The notes under the pieces are model-generated. The model saw only the letters and a program-made list of their open reading frames with translations. It ran no database searches and was not told the DNA's origin. This document shows positions 38,262-48,605 of a stretch of 64,000 nt of DNA, piece after piece. The translations under genes and the position numbers were made by a program. Position 1 is the stretch's first letter. Each line of letters opens with the position of its first letter. Source of the DNA: Promethearchaeota archaeon Loki_b32 (lineage in GTDB: Archaea > Asgardarchaeota > Lokiarchaeia > Sigyniarchaeales > SOKP01); the NCBI GenBank assembly GCA_005223125.1, contig NJBH01000016.1, forward strand, positions 1-64,000, written 5' to 3'.

Positions 38262-39365
38262 ATGGTTGACAACGACTTTAAAATAGACCCTTGGGGTGGC
38301 TCAGCTCTTCAAGATGAAGATTATACTAGGTTAATTAGAAAATTTGGAATCGAGGAAATAACAGACACATTGCGCCTTAAAATGGAGGAGAATCGTTTTA
38401 TTCGGAGGAAAATTATTTTTGGGCATCGAGATTTAGGTCTTATTTTCAAAGCTATAGAAAAAGGTCAACCATGGGCAGTGATGAGTGGAATTAAGCCTTC
38501 TGGACCATTTCACTTAGGAACATCAACTACAGCCTTAGAGATTGTGGAATTTCAAAAAATGGGCGGAAAGGCATATTATGGAATAGCAGATATTGAAAGT
38601 TGGGAAGATAATGGCATTCCATGGGAGGAAGCAGAAGAAACCTCCGTTGATAATCTGGCAGATATACTAACACTCGGTTTGGATCCCTCTCCAGAAAAGG
38701 CCTATATTTGGAGGCAATCAAAAGAACCTCATGTTAAGGATATTTGTTTTAAGGTGAGTAGATTAGTTACGCAGAATATGCTTAACGCTATTTATGGTGA
38801 GCGAACATTCGGACTTTATATCTCATCATTAATTCAAATTGGTGATATTATTTTACCCCAAGTGCTAGAAGGCCCACAACCAACCCTTGTACCAGTAGGA
38901 ATTGATCAAGATCCTCATTTACGTCTTACTAGAGATTTAACTCGTAGGAATTATAAGAATTTTTTCTTACCAGGTGCTACTTATCATTATTTATTAGCGG
39001 GAATTGATGGTTCAGAAAAAATGGCTAAAAGGCATCCAAACAGTTACTTTACATTTAATGAATCGCTAGAATCAATTGAAAAGAAGGTTAAAGGAGCACT
39101 TACAGGTGGCAGAAAAAATCTAAAGGAACAGAAGGAATTAGGTGGTGAGCCACAGAAGTGTATGATTTATAAAATGCTTATGTATCATTTTGAAGAAGAT
39201 GATGAAAAATTAGCGAAAGATTTTGAGATGTGTATTAAAGGAGAATTAATGTGCGGAGATCATAAGCGTGAGTGTGTTGAGAAAGTGTTAAGATTCATAA
39301 AAGACCATCAAGAGAAAAAAGAGAAACTAATAGACAAAGCTCGAAGTCTTCTCAATATAGATTAA
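38262..39365 (+). CDS. trpS: Tryptophan--tRNA ligase (archaeal type)
   Basis: IDPWG, RRKIIFGHRD, SGIKPSGPFHLG, PVGIDQDPH, KMAK, ALTGGR. Confidence 0.93.
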   Translation: MVDNDFKIDPWGGSALQDEDYTRLIRKFGIEEITDTLRLKMEENRFIRRKIIFGHRDLGLIFKAIEKGQPWAVMSGIKPSGPFHLGTSTTALEIVEFQKMGGKAYYGIADIESWEDNGIPWEEAEETSVDNLADILTLGLDPSPEKAYIWRQSKEPHVKDICFKVSRLVTQNMLNAIYGERTFGLYISSLIQIGDIILPQVLEGPQPTLVPVGIDQDPHLRLTRDLTRRNYKNFFLPGATYHYLLAGIDGSEKMAKRHPNSYFTFNESLESIEKKVKGALTGGRKNLKEQKELGGEPQKCMIYKMLMYHFEEDDEKLAKDFEMCIKGELMCGDHKRECVEKVLRFIKDHQEKKEKLIDKARSLLNID

Positions 39366-39390
39366 AACTATTTATTCCCTTTAACTTGGT

Positions 39391-40323
39391 TTAAATTATT
39401 TGTTCTAAAATCTTTAATAAATCATCAAGAAATTCAGGAAATCTTTCAAAGAAAATGATTTTTTGTTCGTCCTTAAGTACTGCTGATACGAAAAACATAT
39501 CAGTCTTTACTTTTATTCTAAGTAAGTAAGAAAAAAGTATACCTTCAGTTGAAGTAAAATCAAAATTCCCTTCAATCTTTTCTTCATCCATCCTTTTAAG
39601 TAAAAAGAGATGTTCTTTCATTGATTCTATCAACGCAACATACACCTCTGGCTCGATATCGCTGTAATATTCAGAAATAATTATCCCATTACGATCAAAT
39701 ACGATTAGAGCTTGACAATTAAAAATTTCTAAATAGTATTCTAATAATTCTGAAAGTTCAAAAAATTTCTTATCAAACACAGAAAGACCGTATGAAACTA
39801 ACTGGATGATTGAAATGATGTCATAAATTGAGGTTTGTTGAAATAAAATATTGAAGTCAGGATATTTATTTAAAATCTTTTCTCTTAATGATTCTATATT
39901 TTCTAAAATTACATTATCATTCCTTAAATCAGGGTCGTATTTATGAAAAGTTATTATTATCGGAACTGCCATTTCACTTTCCGAGAAAAATGTTAAAATC
40001 GCATTCAAGTATTCCAGTGAGGTATTAAATCTTTCTGGATCTTGAATATCTATTACATAGATAAGTAAATCAGTAGAATCAAAATATACATCCTGATAAT
40101 TAACGTAAACCTCTCGATATGTTTCCTGACCACCCATATCCCAGAATATAGTGTTACTTCTTAGAAAGTTCATCTTATGATATTCTACTCTAATGGTTGG
40201 TTTTAGTTGGACAACATCTTTTTCAAAATCATATTTCTTGTCTAAAGCTGTTAAGATCGAGGTTTTGCCCGCTGCATCTAATCCGGAAATTATAATTTTT
40301 AGAAAATTCTCCATTAAATTCAA
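39391..40323 (-). CDS. Rag/Arf-like small GTPase with C-terminal roadblock/longin-like domain
   Basis: GLDAAGKTS, PT, WDMGGQ, HKYD, TSIYD; C-terminal ALIVFDRNGIIISE alpha/beta domain. Confidence 0.85.
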   Translation of the reverse strand: MNLMENFLKIIISGLDAAGKTSILTALDKKYDFEKDVVQLKPTIRVEYHKMNFLRSNTIFWDMGGQETYREVYVNYQDVYFDSTDLLIYVIDIQDPERFNTSLEYLNAILTFFSESEMAVPIIITFHKYDPDLRNDNVILENIESLREKILNKYPDFNILFQQTSIYDIISIIQLVSYGLSVFDKKFFELSELLEYYLEIFNCQALIVFDRNGIIISEYYSDIEPEVYVALIESMKEHLFLLKRMDEEKIEGNFDFTSTEGILFSYLLRIKVKTDMFFVSAVLKDEQKIIFFERFPEFLDDLLKILEQII

Positions 40324-40623
40324 CTCACACTTGTTAAAGGTATTTTTAAGAGTTTAATAAAATAATAGATTCATATCAATTTAAATTTCTGTGAAAGCAC
40401 AATGGAGTTTTTTAATCTTAACCTTGAAGTCCTATGGTATTTTGTTTGTTATAATATCGAGAAAATATCTAAATAATATTCTTATGTTTATAATTTGAAA
40501 TTCTTAAGAGAAACTACTAAAAGAATAGTGATATTAGAGTAATTTCGATGACATATATATGATATTTATATTATTAAAAGCGGTTAATCTGATTTTACTC
40601 AATGATTTAATTTATAAAAGAGG

Positions 40624-40863
40624 ATGATGTATTTGACAGAAGTAGAAAATAATTTTTTAGAAAATTTAGAATACCAAATTAGTCTAAAAGTAGAAAGTTA
40701 TAAAACATTCAAAAGGATTCCCGTATTTACTGACCAAGTTATGCAATTCGATAAATCAGTGGTAAATCTTACAGAAAAATTTGAGAAAATTCGTTTGCGA
40801 GATAAATATCATATTATAATTACAGAATTGGATAATTTGATAAAAAATTCGAAATCAAAATAA
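40624..40863 (+). CDS. Hypothetical protein
   Basis: 79 aa ORF filling an intergenic gap. Confidence 0.45.
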   Translation: MMYLTEVENNFLENLEYQISLKVESYKTFKRIPVFTDQVMQFDKSVVNLTEKFEKIRLRDKYHIIITELDNLIKNSKSK

Positions 40864-40900
40864 AATTCCATTTATTTTTTTTTTAAAACACGGATATTAT

Positions 40901-41329
40901 TCAATCGCCTACTATCATACAATATATTTTTCTGGATCTCCCTTTTTCGTCACTTTCGACAAAGATAATTTGCTGCCAGGTTCCCAAAATCAATTTTTGA
41001 TTTTTAAATGGAAATACTTGAGATGTTTTAATTAAAAAACTCCTTAAATGTCCTGCTCCGTTATAATCATGCCAAGTTTTATGATGAGCATAATTCTGAT
41101 CATAGGGTATCAATTTTTCCAATAATTCTAAGATATCTTTTTTCACTAAGCCTGGTTCATATTCAACAGTAGATATTGCACCCGTAGATCCAGCTACATG
41201 GACATTTACAATTCCATCGTTTATACCACTACTGTTAATGCATTGCTGAACTTGTTCAGTAATATTAATAACATCACAATAGGCTTTTGTTCTTAGTTCA
41301 AATGTTTTTAATACAGTGGTCATTTTCAC
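40901..41329 (-). CDS. yjbQ: YjbQ / UPF0047 family protein
   Basis: NITEQV, EYEPGL, YAHH, NGAGHLRS, LGTWQQI. Confidence 0.9.
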   Translation of the reverse strand: MKMTTVLKTFELRTKAYCDVINITEQVQQCINSSGINDGIVNVHVAGSTGAISTVEYEPGLVKKDILELLEKLIPYDQNYAHHKTWHDYNGAGHLRSFLIKTSQVFPFKNQKLILGTWQQIIFVESDEKGRSRKIYCMIVGD

Positions 41330-42369
41330 TTTTTAATTTTTTCACACATATTAATATTTTTTATTTGTTTTAACACAGATTTTGGGAGATTATTCTCATT
41401 ACCTTGTTTTAAGGCAAGTATTTTGGTTAAAATAAGAAGTTCAATTTGATCAAATCCATTGATATTAGTCCATCCAGTTGATTCTCCTGCTTCAATACAT
41501 AGGAAAAAAGGTGCTTTCTTCACTTTCAAACATTTTTCGTCCTTGCATTTTTCACATATTTTGGGAAAATAATATACATTACCATTTTTTAGATATATTG
41601 AAAATGTTCCAAAATTTTTATTTTTAATTTTAAGCCAATTAGCAGATTCAAAATGAACATCTAATTTTAAATTCAAAATGTAATCTACGAGAAGTTCGGT
41701 ATTTATTTGCTGAATAATTTTAGTATTACGAGTTTCGGGTTCATAATAATCGTTACAATCATCAGAAACATCAGAATGAACGAATAAAAAATTTAAAGGA
41801 ATGAAATCAATGATATAAGAATTATCTAATTCTTTGTATTTATCTTTTTTTAGGAAAGTTGAACAGATTTGATCTAATATATCTGTAGGTTCAAATATTT
41901 CATTAATTTGAATATTGTTTGATTTAATTATTGAATTAAAATCTTCATTTTTAAAATGTCTATATATAATTTCCTCTTTAGTAAATTGCTCAAGGATGAT
42001 GCAGAATACTAGAGCAACGGAGGGCAACCGCGCTTGGATTTCATTAAAATAATGAATAATTTGATCTACTTTTGTTTCGGATATAAGTATTATTATCGCT
42101 TCAGCTCCATTGTAGAAAATCGTGCGTAAATAAGCTCTTTGTTGCCTACAATCAATATTCCATAAAAGAAATTCAAATTTTTCATTTTTTTTAAATGAAA
42201 AATCAATTTTACTTATATTAACACCTATATTTCGCTTGTTCTCGATAGGTAAGGCATTTGAACTCAATTCTTTTTGAAACTCGTCTTTATAGTCTTCAAC
42301 TCCACCTAAAACACAAATTTTTTTTTTTAACACATAATTTTCTTGAAGAGGAGATTCTAAAGAGCTCAT
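41326..42369 (-). CDS. Degenerate Rab-like GTPase domain plus Cys-containing C-terminal domain
   Basis: KKKICVLG without GK[ST], NIGVNI, FLLWNI, FYNGAEAIII; CEKCKDEKC later. Confidence 0.7.
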   Translation of the reverse strand: MSSLESPLQENYVLKKKICVLGGVEDYKDEFQKELSSNALPIENKRNIGVNISKIDFSFKKNEKFEFLLWNIDCRQQRAYLRTIFYNGAEAIIILISETKVDQIIHYFNEIQARLPSVALVFCIILEQFTKEEIIYRHFKNEDFNSIIKSNNIQINEIFEPTDILDQICSTFLKKDKYKELDNSYIIDFIPLNFLFVHSDVSDDCNDYYEPETRNTKIIQQINTELLVDYILNLKLDVHFESANWLKIKNKNFGTFSIYLKNGNVYYFPKICEKCKDEKCLKVKKAPFFLCIEAGESTGWTNINGFDQIELLILTKILALKQGNENNLPKSVLKQIKNINMCEKIKK

Positions 42370-42515
42370 TTTGCCATCCTTTAAATTTTAAAGAATATAG
42401 GCTAATTCTATTTAATAATAAATTTATTTATGAATTTTAATTTAACTATCTAGATCTTAACTATATGAACTTTTTGAAATATTACTTTTAATAATTAAAA
42501 ATTAATGAATCAACC

Positions 42516-42941
42516 ATGAGTGCTAAAAGAATCGATGAGTTCTTGAAGAAAATCCATAATCCAAAAAATAAAATTCCAGAGTATGCAACAATAATCGTTC
42601 GTCCTGGCAGAAAACTTCTTGACTTCAAGATAAAAAAGGAAAATGCAAATATTCTGAAAGTAATTGCTCATGAAGAAAAGACTTCTGGATGGTTCCTACA
42701 TTCTGTTCATATTCCTTTAAAGAATTTGGGATTATCGTATAATTCCAAAGACAAGGAAATATTAGAGATTCTATCTGAACCAAACAAGATCACAGGTAGT
42801 AAACCTACTAAAGAGTATATTGAGGATATTTTAAGAAAATACCTAGATATTTTGCCCGAAAAGAAGAAACATTTTTTTAAAACTGAAAGATATAAGAAAA
42901 AGAAAGAATATAGAACTGGGGCTCAATTGAAAGGGTTTTAA
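42516..42941 (+). CDS. Hypothetical basic protein
   Basis: 141 aa ORF with natural composition. Confidence 0.75.
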   Translation: MSAKRIDEFLKKIHNPKNKIPEYATIIVRPGRKLLDFKIKKENANILKVIAHEEKTSGWFLHSVHIPLKNLGLSYNSKDKEILEILSEPNKITGSKPTKEYIEDILRKYLDILPEKKKHFFKTERYKKKKEYRTGAQLKGF

Positions 42942-43274
42942 TTATTTTATTTTTGATCCAGGGGGAATTGGCTTTTTCTCATCAATTTTTAATAAATATG
43001 GTTCATTATTGAGATCGGCAGCAAGAAGCATACCCTGACTTTCAATTCCCATAAATTTACGTGGTTTTAAGTTAGTTAAGACAATGATCTTCTCATTAAT
43101 CAATTCTTCTGGTGAGTAAAAGTGAGCTATTCCTGTAACAATTTGTCTTAAGTTTTTTTCTCCACAATCCACCATTAATTTATAGAGATTCTTTGATTTA
43201 GGTATTTTATAACAACTTTTTACTAACCCAACACGTATGTCTAATTTTAAAAAATCTTTATAGTTAATCTCCAA
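42942..43274 (-). CDS. tRNA-binding OB-fold protein (Trbp111 / MetRS C-terminal-like)
   Basis: DFLKLDIRVG, RQIVTGI, NLKPRKFMGIESQGMLLAA, PGSKI. Confidence 0.92.
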   Translation of the reverse strand: MEINYKDFLKLDIRVGLVKSCYKIPKSKNLYKLMVDCGEKNLRQIVTGIAHFYSPEELINEKIIVLTNLKPRKFMGIESQGMLLAADLNNEPYLLKIDEKKPIPPGSKIK

Positions 43275-43281
43275 AAATCCT

Positions 43282-44148
43282 TCACCCTCTCAATGGCATG
43301 TTATCTAAACTGATAAATTCATTTACTTTAGGTTTTCTTTCACGATATGGATTTTCAATATTATCCAATTTTCTACCAAAAGTTAGATACCCCGTGTGTC
43401 CAATCATTCTTACTTCTGGACGTGTAGCATTTTCTTTTACTTGTATTCTTCTTTTTATTAACTCATATGTATTAACCTCTATAAATCCGTTGATTTTCAT
43501 TGCTGAAACTGTTTTTTTAACTTGCTCAATAGTAGGGGAAAAGGATCCAAGTGTACCACTGAATTTTAAATAGTTTAATACTTTTTTAATAGCATTCCAG
43601 GGAGTCGCCATATCTAAAACAACCGCATCTACATTTTCTAGCTTAAGATCATCATTTAAAATATCTCCATATTGAATTGAAACAAAATCATCTAATTTTG
43701 CTCTTTTAACATTTAATTTGGCTCTTTTAAGCGATTTTTCCCGAATATCATATGAGTAAATGTGCCCCTTTGGGCGTACAAAATTTCCTAAAATGCATGT
43801 TAAAGCCCCAGAACCACATCCTGCTTCAATAACTATGCTGCCTGGTCCAATCCCAGTATAAAGTAAAATTAATCCCGCATCTTCGGGATATATGATTTGA
43901 GTTTTTCGTGTCATATGAAGAATGTAATCAGATGGTAAAGGTTTTAATACATAAAATTTATACCCTTGAGTTTCAAAAGGTCTTGAAAATAAAACTGAGC
44001 CAAATTTCTTTCCAATTACATCATCAAACTCAATAATTCCTTTATGGGTATGAAAATTACCACCGGATTTCACTTGAACGAGCCACCTTCTCTTTTCATC
44101 AAGAATCAAAAAGATTAAATCATTTTCTTTAATTATATGAGTGCTCAT
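43282..44148 (-). CDS. trmI: tRNA (adenine-N1)-methyltransferase TrmI (m1A57/58)
   Basis: FHTHKG, RKTQIIYPED, EAGCGSG, LDMATPW, FSPTIEQ, GHTGYL. Confidence 0.93.
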   Translation of the reverse strand: MSTHIIKENDLIFLILDEKRRWLVQVKSGGNFHTHKGIIEFDDVIGKKFGSVLFSRPFETQGYKFYVLKPLPSDYILHMTRKTQIIYPEDAGLILLYTGIGPGSIVIEAGCGSGALTCILGNFVRPKGHIYSYDIREKSLKRAKLNVKRAKLDDFVSIQYGDILNDDLKLENVDAVVLDMATPWNAIKKVLNYLKFSGTLGSFSPTIEQVKKTVSAMKINGFIEVNTYELIKRRIQVKENATRPEVRMIGHTGYLTFGRKLDNIENPYRERKPKVNEFISLDNMPLRG

Positions 44149-44320
44149 TTTAACTGTTATCTTTTTTAATATCTGAAGTATCTAAATCTTTAATTCTTTA
44201 TAAGAAAACTTCCTTTTATTATTCATTTATTTACAAAAAATATATAAAAAATCTATAACTCCCAAATATATTAAACTTATAAAAACGCTTTTTTATAAAG
44301 ACTCTTTAATGAAATAATTT

Positions 44321-45238
44321 ATGAGTAGAGAGAAACCCCATAACGCTCGAACATCACGAACTTCTTTTAGAGATCTTCAGTTACAAATTGAAGATTTACG
44401 ACAAAGGAGAGATGAATTAAATAAGAAAACAAAAGAATACATTAATAGGCTTCAAGAAAATGAAATAGAAATTACAAATTCTCTGAAAATTGCTAAGCAA
44501 AAATACAAAAAGAAAAGAGATTACTGGAATAATAAAGTGAAACAACTAAAAGAGAAAAAAATTGAATATAAAACTCTTTTCGACAATTTTATTGAAGAGA
44601 AAAAAAGTCTTCAAAAATCCCAAAAAAACACAATAGATAACAAACAATTTCTCTCAATAAAACAAATTGAACGCAAAATTGACAACCTAGAGAGGATAAT
44701 TGAAACCGAAAAACTCGATATTGCTGAAGAAAATGCTATAATTGACAAAATAAGGGAATTGGCGGCTATGAAACATGAATTTTTATCTGAAGAAAAAAAC
44801 AATGACCTTTTCAAGATTGAGAGAAAAATCGAAATAGTAAAAATTAATTTGAATAAGATATATGAGCAATTGAATAAATGGTCCGATAAATCTCAAGAAA
44901 ATCATACAAAAATGCTTGAAGAGTTTCAAAATGTTGATAAATTAAAAGAAGATAAGAAAAAGCTTGAAGAAGAATTAATTGAGAATAAAAAAACAGCTGA
45001 TCGCTATCACAAGCAATATTTAAAGGTAATGAATCAAAGAAAGAAGAATTATAAAGGCAAAAAACCTTACAGCCATAGTAAAAAACCTACCAGAAATTTC
45101 AATCAATCTAATAAAAAATATGAAATGATGGAAAAACTTAGACAAGATAAATTGGCTACAGCACTTGAAAAGCAAAAAGCTGGAAAAAAACTTAATTTAT
45201 TTGAAGCTAGACTAATTCTTGAGAAATCTAGAGAATAG
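44321..45238 (+). CDS. Archaeal coiled-coil protein (COG1340-like)
   Basis: RDELN...RDYWN repeats, IETEKLDIAEENAI, EK-KAGKKLNL-E C-terminus. Confidence 0.75.
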   Translation: MSREKPHNARTSRTSFRDLQLQIEDLRQRRDELNKKTKEYINRLQENEIEITNSLKIAKQKYKKKRDYWNNKVKQLKEKKIEYKTLFDNFIEEKKSLQKSQKNTIDNKQFLSIKQIERKIDNLERIIETEKLDIAEENAIIDKIRELAAMKHEFLSEEKNNDLFKIERKIEIVKINLNKIYEQLNKWSDKSQENHTKMLEEFQNVDKLKEDKKKLEEELIENKKTADRYHKQYLKVMNQRKKNYKGKKPYSHSKKPTRNFNQSNKKYEMMEKLRQDKLATALEKQKAGKKLNLFEARLILEKSRE

Positions 45239-45412
45239 TTACACCTTGTTAATTTAAAATTTTTTAGATTTGTTTAACTAAGTCAGTTCTCGTTAATTTT
45301 CGAATTTAATTTGAGAATTTTTATTAAAAATAAAGAGATCTGAATAAGGTTTAAAAAAATTGTAGATTTATTATTTAAATAATGCTTAAAAATAATAGAA
45401 GGGATTATAAAT

Positions 45413-46741
45413 TTGAATAAAAAATTAGCTGAAATTCGAAGTATCTTATTAGAACATCACGATTGGTTCCAACAATCAATACCCCTAATTGCTTCTGAAA
45501 ATATCACTAGCCCTGCTGTGGATGAAGCTTGTGCTTCTGATTTTTCTCATCGATATGCAGAAGGATGGAGCGGCCAGAGAGTCTATGCAGGATGCAGATA
45601 TATAGATCAGATCGAAGATATTTGTATGGAACTTACTAAAGAATATTTTAAATGTATCCATGCCGATGTACGACCTATATCTGGAGTTGTAGCGAATTTA
45701 GTCATGTATAACGCATTTACTTCGGATAATAATGGTAAAATGTGCTGTATGTCTATTGTCCGGGGAGGACATATTTCACATGGTCCAAGATTTGCAAAAA
45801 GTGGTAGAGAAATTTTTGGGACGGCTGGAACAACAAGAGGTATCAATATTGAATATTTAGCATTTGATAATGATGAAATGAATCTTGATATTGATGCATC
45901 CGCTAAAATCATTAGAGAATTTGAACCTGAATTAGTTCTATTTGGTGGCTCAGTATTTTTATTCCCACACCCTGTTAAAGAACTTGGTGAGGTCGCAAAA
46001 GAGGTTGGAGCATATGTCGGGTACGATGCTGCCCATGTCTCAGGTTTGATTGGTTCTGGATATTTCCAGGATCCTTTAAGAGATGGAGCAGACGTTATGA
46101 CTATGAGCACGCATAAAACACTTCCAGGGCCGCAACATGGTGCTTTAGTATCAAATAGGGAGGATTTAATTGAAACTCTTAGATCTTGCGCTTTTCCAGC
46201 TTTATTATCCAATCATCATCTTCATAATGTTGCCGGTTTGGCAATAGCTCTAGCAGAAATGATAGAATTTGGAAAAGAATACCACAAGAACGTTATAGAA
46301 AATGCAAAAGCACTAGGACAAGCCTTATCAGATCAAGGAATAAAAATATTGATGGAACATAAAGGTTTTACTGAATCTCATCAAATAGTAGCGGACATTA
46401 CAGAATTTGAGAAGACTATTGGATTGGGTGGAGACATAGAAAAATTATTGGAAGAAGCAAATATTATTCTTAATCGTAATCTTTTACCATATGATATCGC
46501 AGAGGGTAGACATTATCAAAATCCTGGAGGTTTAAGAATGGGGACTTCTGAAGTCACCCGGCTTGGAATGGGAAAAAGTGAAATGGTTGATATTGCTGAA
46601 TTCTTTAAAAAACTAATAATTGATAAGAAAGGCCCTAAAAAAGTAAAAAATGAAGTAATAGAATTTCGAAAAGATTTCCAAGAAATAAAGTATTGCTTTC
46701 AATCTCCAAGTAAAGCTTATGAATATTTAAAGTTTTATTAA
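45413..46741 (+). CDS. glyA: Serine hydroxymethyltransferase (archaeal type)
   Basis: LIASEN, RYAEG, GGHISH, YDAAHV, STHKTLPGPQ, SNHHLH, GLRMGT. Confidence 0.96.
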   Translation: MNKKLAEIRSILLEHHDWFQQSIPLIASENITSPAVDEACASDFSHRYAEGWSGQRVYAGCRYIDQIEDICMELTKEYFKCIHADVRPISGVVANLVMYNAFTSDNNGKMCCMSIVRGGHISHGPRFAKSGREIFGTAGTTRGINIEYLAFDNDEMNLDIDASAKIIREFEPELVLFGGSVFLFPHPVKELGEVAKEVGAYVGYDAAHVSGLIGSGYFQDPLRDGADVMTMSTHKTLPGPQHGALVSNREDLIETLRSCAFPALLSNHHLHNVAGLAIALAEMIEFGKEYHKNVIENAKALGQALSDQGIKILMEHKGFTESHQIVADITEFEKTIGLGGDIEKLLEEANIILNRNLLPYDIAEGRHYQNPGGLRMGTSEVTRLGMGKSEMVDIAEFFKKLIIDKKGPKKVKNEVIEFRKDFQEIKYCFQSPSKAYEYLKFY

Positions 46742-46830
46742 TATATTTTATTCTTATTTTTTCAGTAGAATAATAAAACTTATCTTAAACGATTCATTTA
46801 AGACTTATTATAATTTTAAATTAATGATTA

Positions 46831-47673
46831 ATGAAAGTCATGAGTCTCGAAGTTCTTGAAAAAAACGACAGGAACCTTATTTTTATAGTAGAAGGGATTT
46901 CTATTGAAATGGCAAATGCTATTCGCAGAATTATTATTTCTGAGATACCTGTAATGGCAGTAGATGAAGTTATCATATTAAAGAATGACTCCCCTCTCTA
47001 TGATGAGATTATATCTCACAGATTAGGCTTAATTCCTTTAACTACAGATTTAGATGTATATAAGCTTCCACGAGAGTGCTCTTGTGAGGGTTACGGGTGT
47101 GCTCTTTGCCAAGTCTCTTTAACATGTGAGGTTACTAACACATCAAATAATCCAATGGAACTTTATTCAGGTGATTTAAATTCTAATGATCCAAAAATAA
47201 TCCCTGTTAATCCAAATATACCAATAGTAAAAATTGATAAAAATGACAAAGTGATAATCGAAGCTTATGCAATTTTAGGAGTAGCAAAAGATCATGTCAA
47301 ATGGCAAGCAGTTTCAAATATCTTCTATAGATTTTATCCTCAGATTGATTTCGATGATAGTAAATGTGCTAAATGTCCAGAGAAATGTGTAGTGTCTCGT
47401 TTATGTCCTGAAAAACTATATGATTTTTCAAATAAAAAAACTCCAAGATTGATGGATGAATACTGGAAAACATGTACTTTATGTAATTCTTGTCAGAATG
47501 ATTGTCCAGAGGAGGCTATAAAAGTAGGTTGGAAAGACGATACTTACATTTTTTCAATTGAGAGTGATGGTGTTCTCGAATTCGATGTTGTCCTGAAGAA
47601 AACATTTGAGGTTTTCTTAGAAAAAATTGATGAATTTGTTGAAAAACTCGAAGAAGTAGAGATAGAATCGTGA
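46831..47673 (+). CDS. rpoD: DNA-directed RNA polymerase subunit D (Rpo3)
   Basis: ANAIRR...EIPVMAVD, NDSPLYDEIISHRLGLIPL, HVKWQ, ferredoxin-like insert, FSIESDG. Confidence 0.96.
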   Translation: MKVMSLEVLEKNDRNLIFIVEGISIEMANAIRRIIISEIPVMAVDEVIILKNDSPLYDEIISHRLGLIPLTTDLDVYKLPRECSCEGYGCALCQVSLTCEVTNTSNNPMELYSGDLNSNDPKIIPVNPNIPIVKIDKNDKVIIEAYAILGVAKDHVKWQAVSNIFYRFYPQIDFDDSKCAKCPEKCVVSRLCPEKLYDFSNKKTPRLMDEYWKTCTLCNSCQNDCPEEAIKVGWKDDTYIFSIESDGVLEFDVVLKKTFEVFLEKIDEFVEKLEEVEIES

Positions 47674-47737
47674 ATTATCAAAAAATTATTAAAATATTAT
47701 AAATTTAAGATATCAGATTTATTGGTGGTTGTAAGTC

Positions 47738-48094
47738 ATGTCCCATAAAATTACTGGTCCAAGCAACTATTATATCAGAAAATTAATAAGAGATTTATGG
47801 AAAACGAAGATTAAAATCTGGAAAACAGTTTCAACAAAGCTAAGTGGTCCAAGAAGGAATAAAGTTAAAGCAAATTTATACCGTATTAACAAGAAAACAA
47901 GTAAAAATGAAGTAATCGTCATTCCCGGAAAGGTTTTAGGGATGGGGGAATTAGATCATGCTCTTACAATAGCTTGCTTAGAATATTCAAAATCAGCAAA
48001 AAAAAAAATTGAATCATCTGGTAGTAAACTAATAACAATTGAAGAGTTATTAGAGCAAAACCCTAAGGGTAGTGGAGTTAAGGTTTTTTATTGA
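47738..48094 (+). CDS. rpl18e: 50S ribosomal protein L18e
   Basis: PRRNK...NL-RI, IPGKVLG-G, NPKG. Confidence 0.95.
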   Translation: MSHKITGPSNYYIRKLIRDLWKTKIKIWKTVSTKLSGPRRNKVKANLYRINKKTSKNEVIVIPGKVLGMGELDHALTIACLEYSKSAKKKIESSGSKLITIEELLEQNPKGSGVKVFY

Positions 48095-48127
48095 AATATC
48101 AAATATCTTATTGAGTGTCAAAAAAAT

Positions 48128-48601
48128 ATGTTAATCGAATATCAATTATATGATGCATCAAATAAAATTTTAGGACGATTCTGTAGTCAAATTGCGAAAA
48201 GAGCTATATTAGGCGAGTATATAGTAATAATTAATGCGAAAGATGCAATTATAAGTGGAACAAAAAGAGATATTCATGAAAATTATTTAGCAAAATTAAA
48301 TATTTCAACAGCAACTAATCCACGTAGAGGACCATTTCATGAGAGAAGACCAGATACTTTTATGAGAAGAGTTATAAAGCAAATGTTACCAAGAAAGAAA
48401 TTACGAGGAAAAGAGGCTCTTAAAAGAGTTCATATCTATATAACGGATATTCCTGAACGATTTAAGAGCAGGTATCAAAAATTAGTGCCTACTGAAATTA
48501 ATAATGCAGATAAAAAGCGTCTTTCATATTATAACAAGTTTATCACTTTAGATAATTTATGTCAACGAATAGGGTGGAAAAAAACCGAGATAGAGGCTTA
48601 A
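48128..48601 (+). CDS. rpl13: 50S ribosomal protein L13
   Basis: DASNKILGRF-SQIAK, GPFHERRPD, MLPRKK-RGKEAL. Confidence 0.95.
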   Translation: MLIEYQLYDASNKILGRFCSQIAKRAILGEYIVIINAKDAIISGTKRDIHENYLAKLNISTATNPRRGPFHERRPDTFMRRVIKQMLPRKKLRGKEALKRVHIYITDIPERFKSRYQKLVPTEINNADKKRLSYYNKFITLDNLCQRIGWKKTEIEA

Positions 48602-48605
48602 AAAA

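Noticed and set aside
45607-46212. Antisense 201-aa ORF
   Set aside because: Shadow of glyA; the same applies to the other short antisense or overlapping ORFs inside hdr, metFV, pckG, trpS, trmI, rps9 and the Sm-like gene
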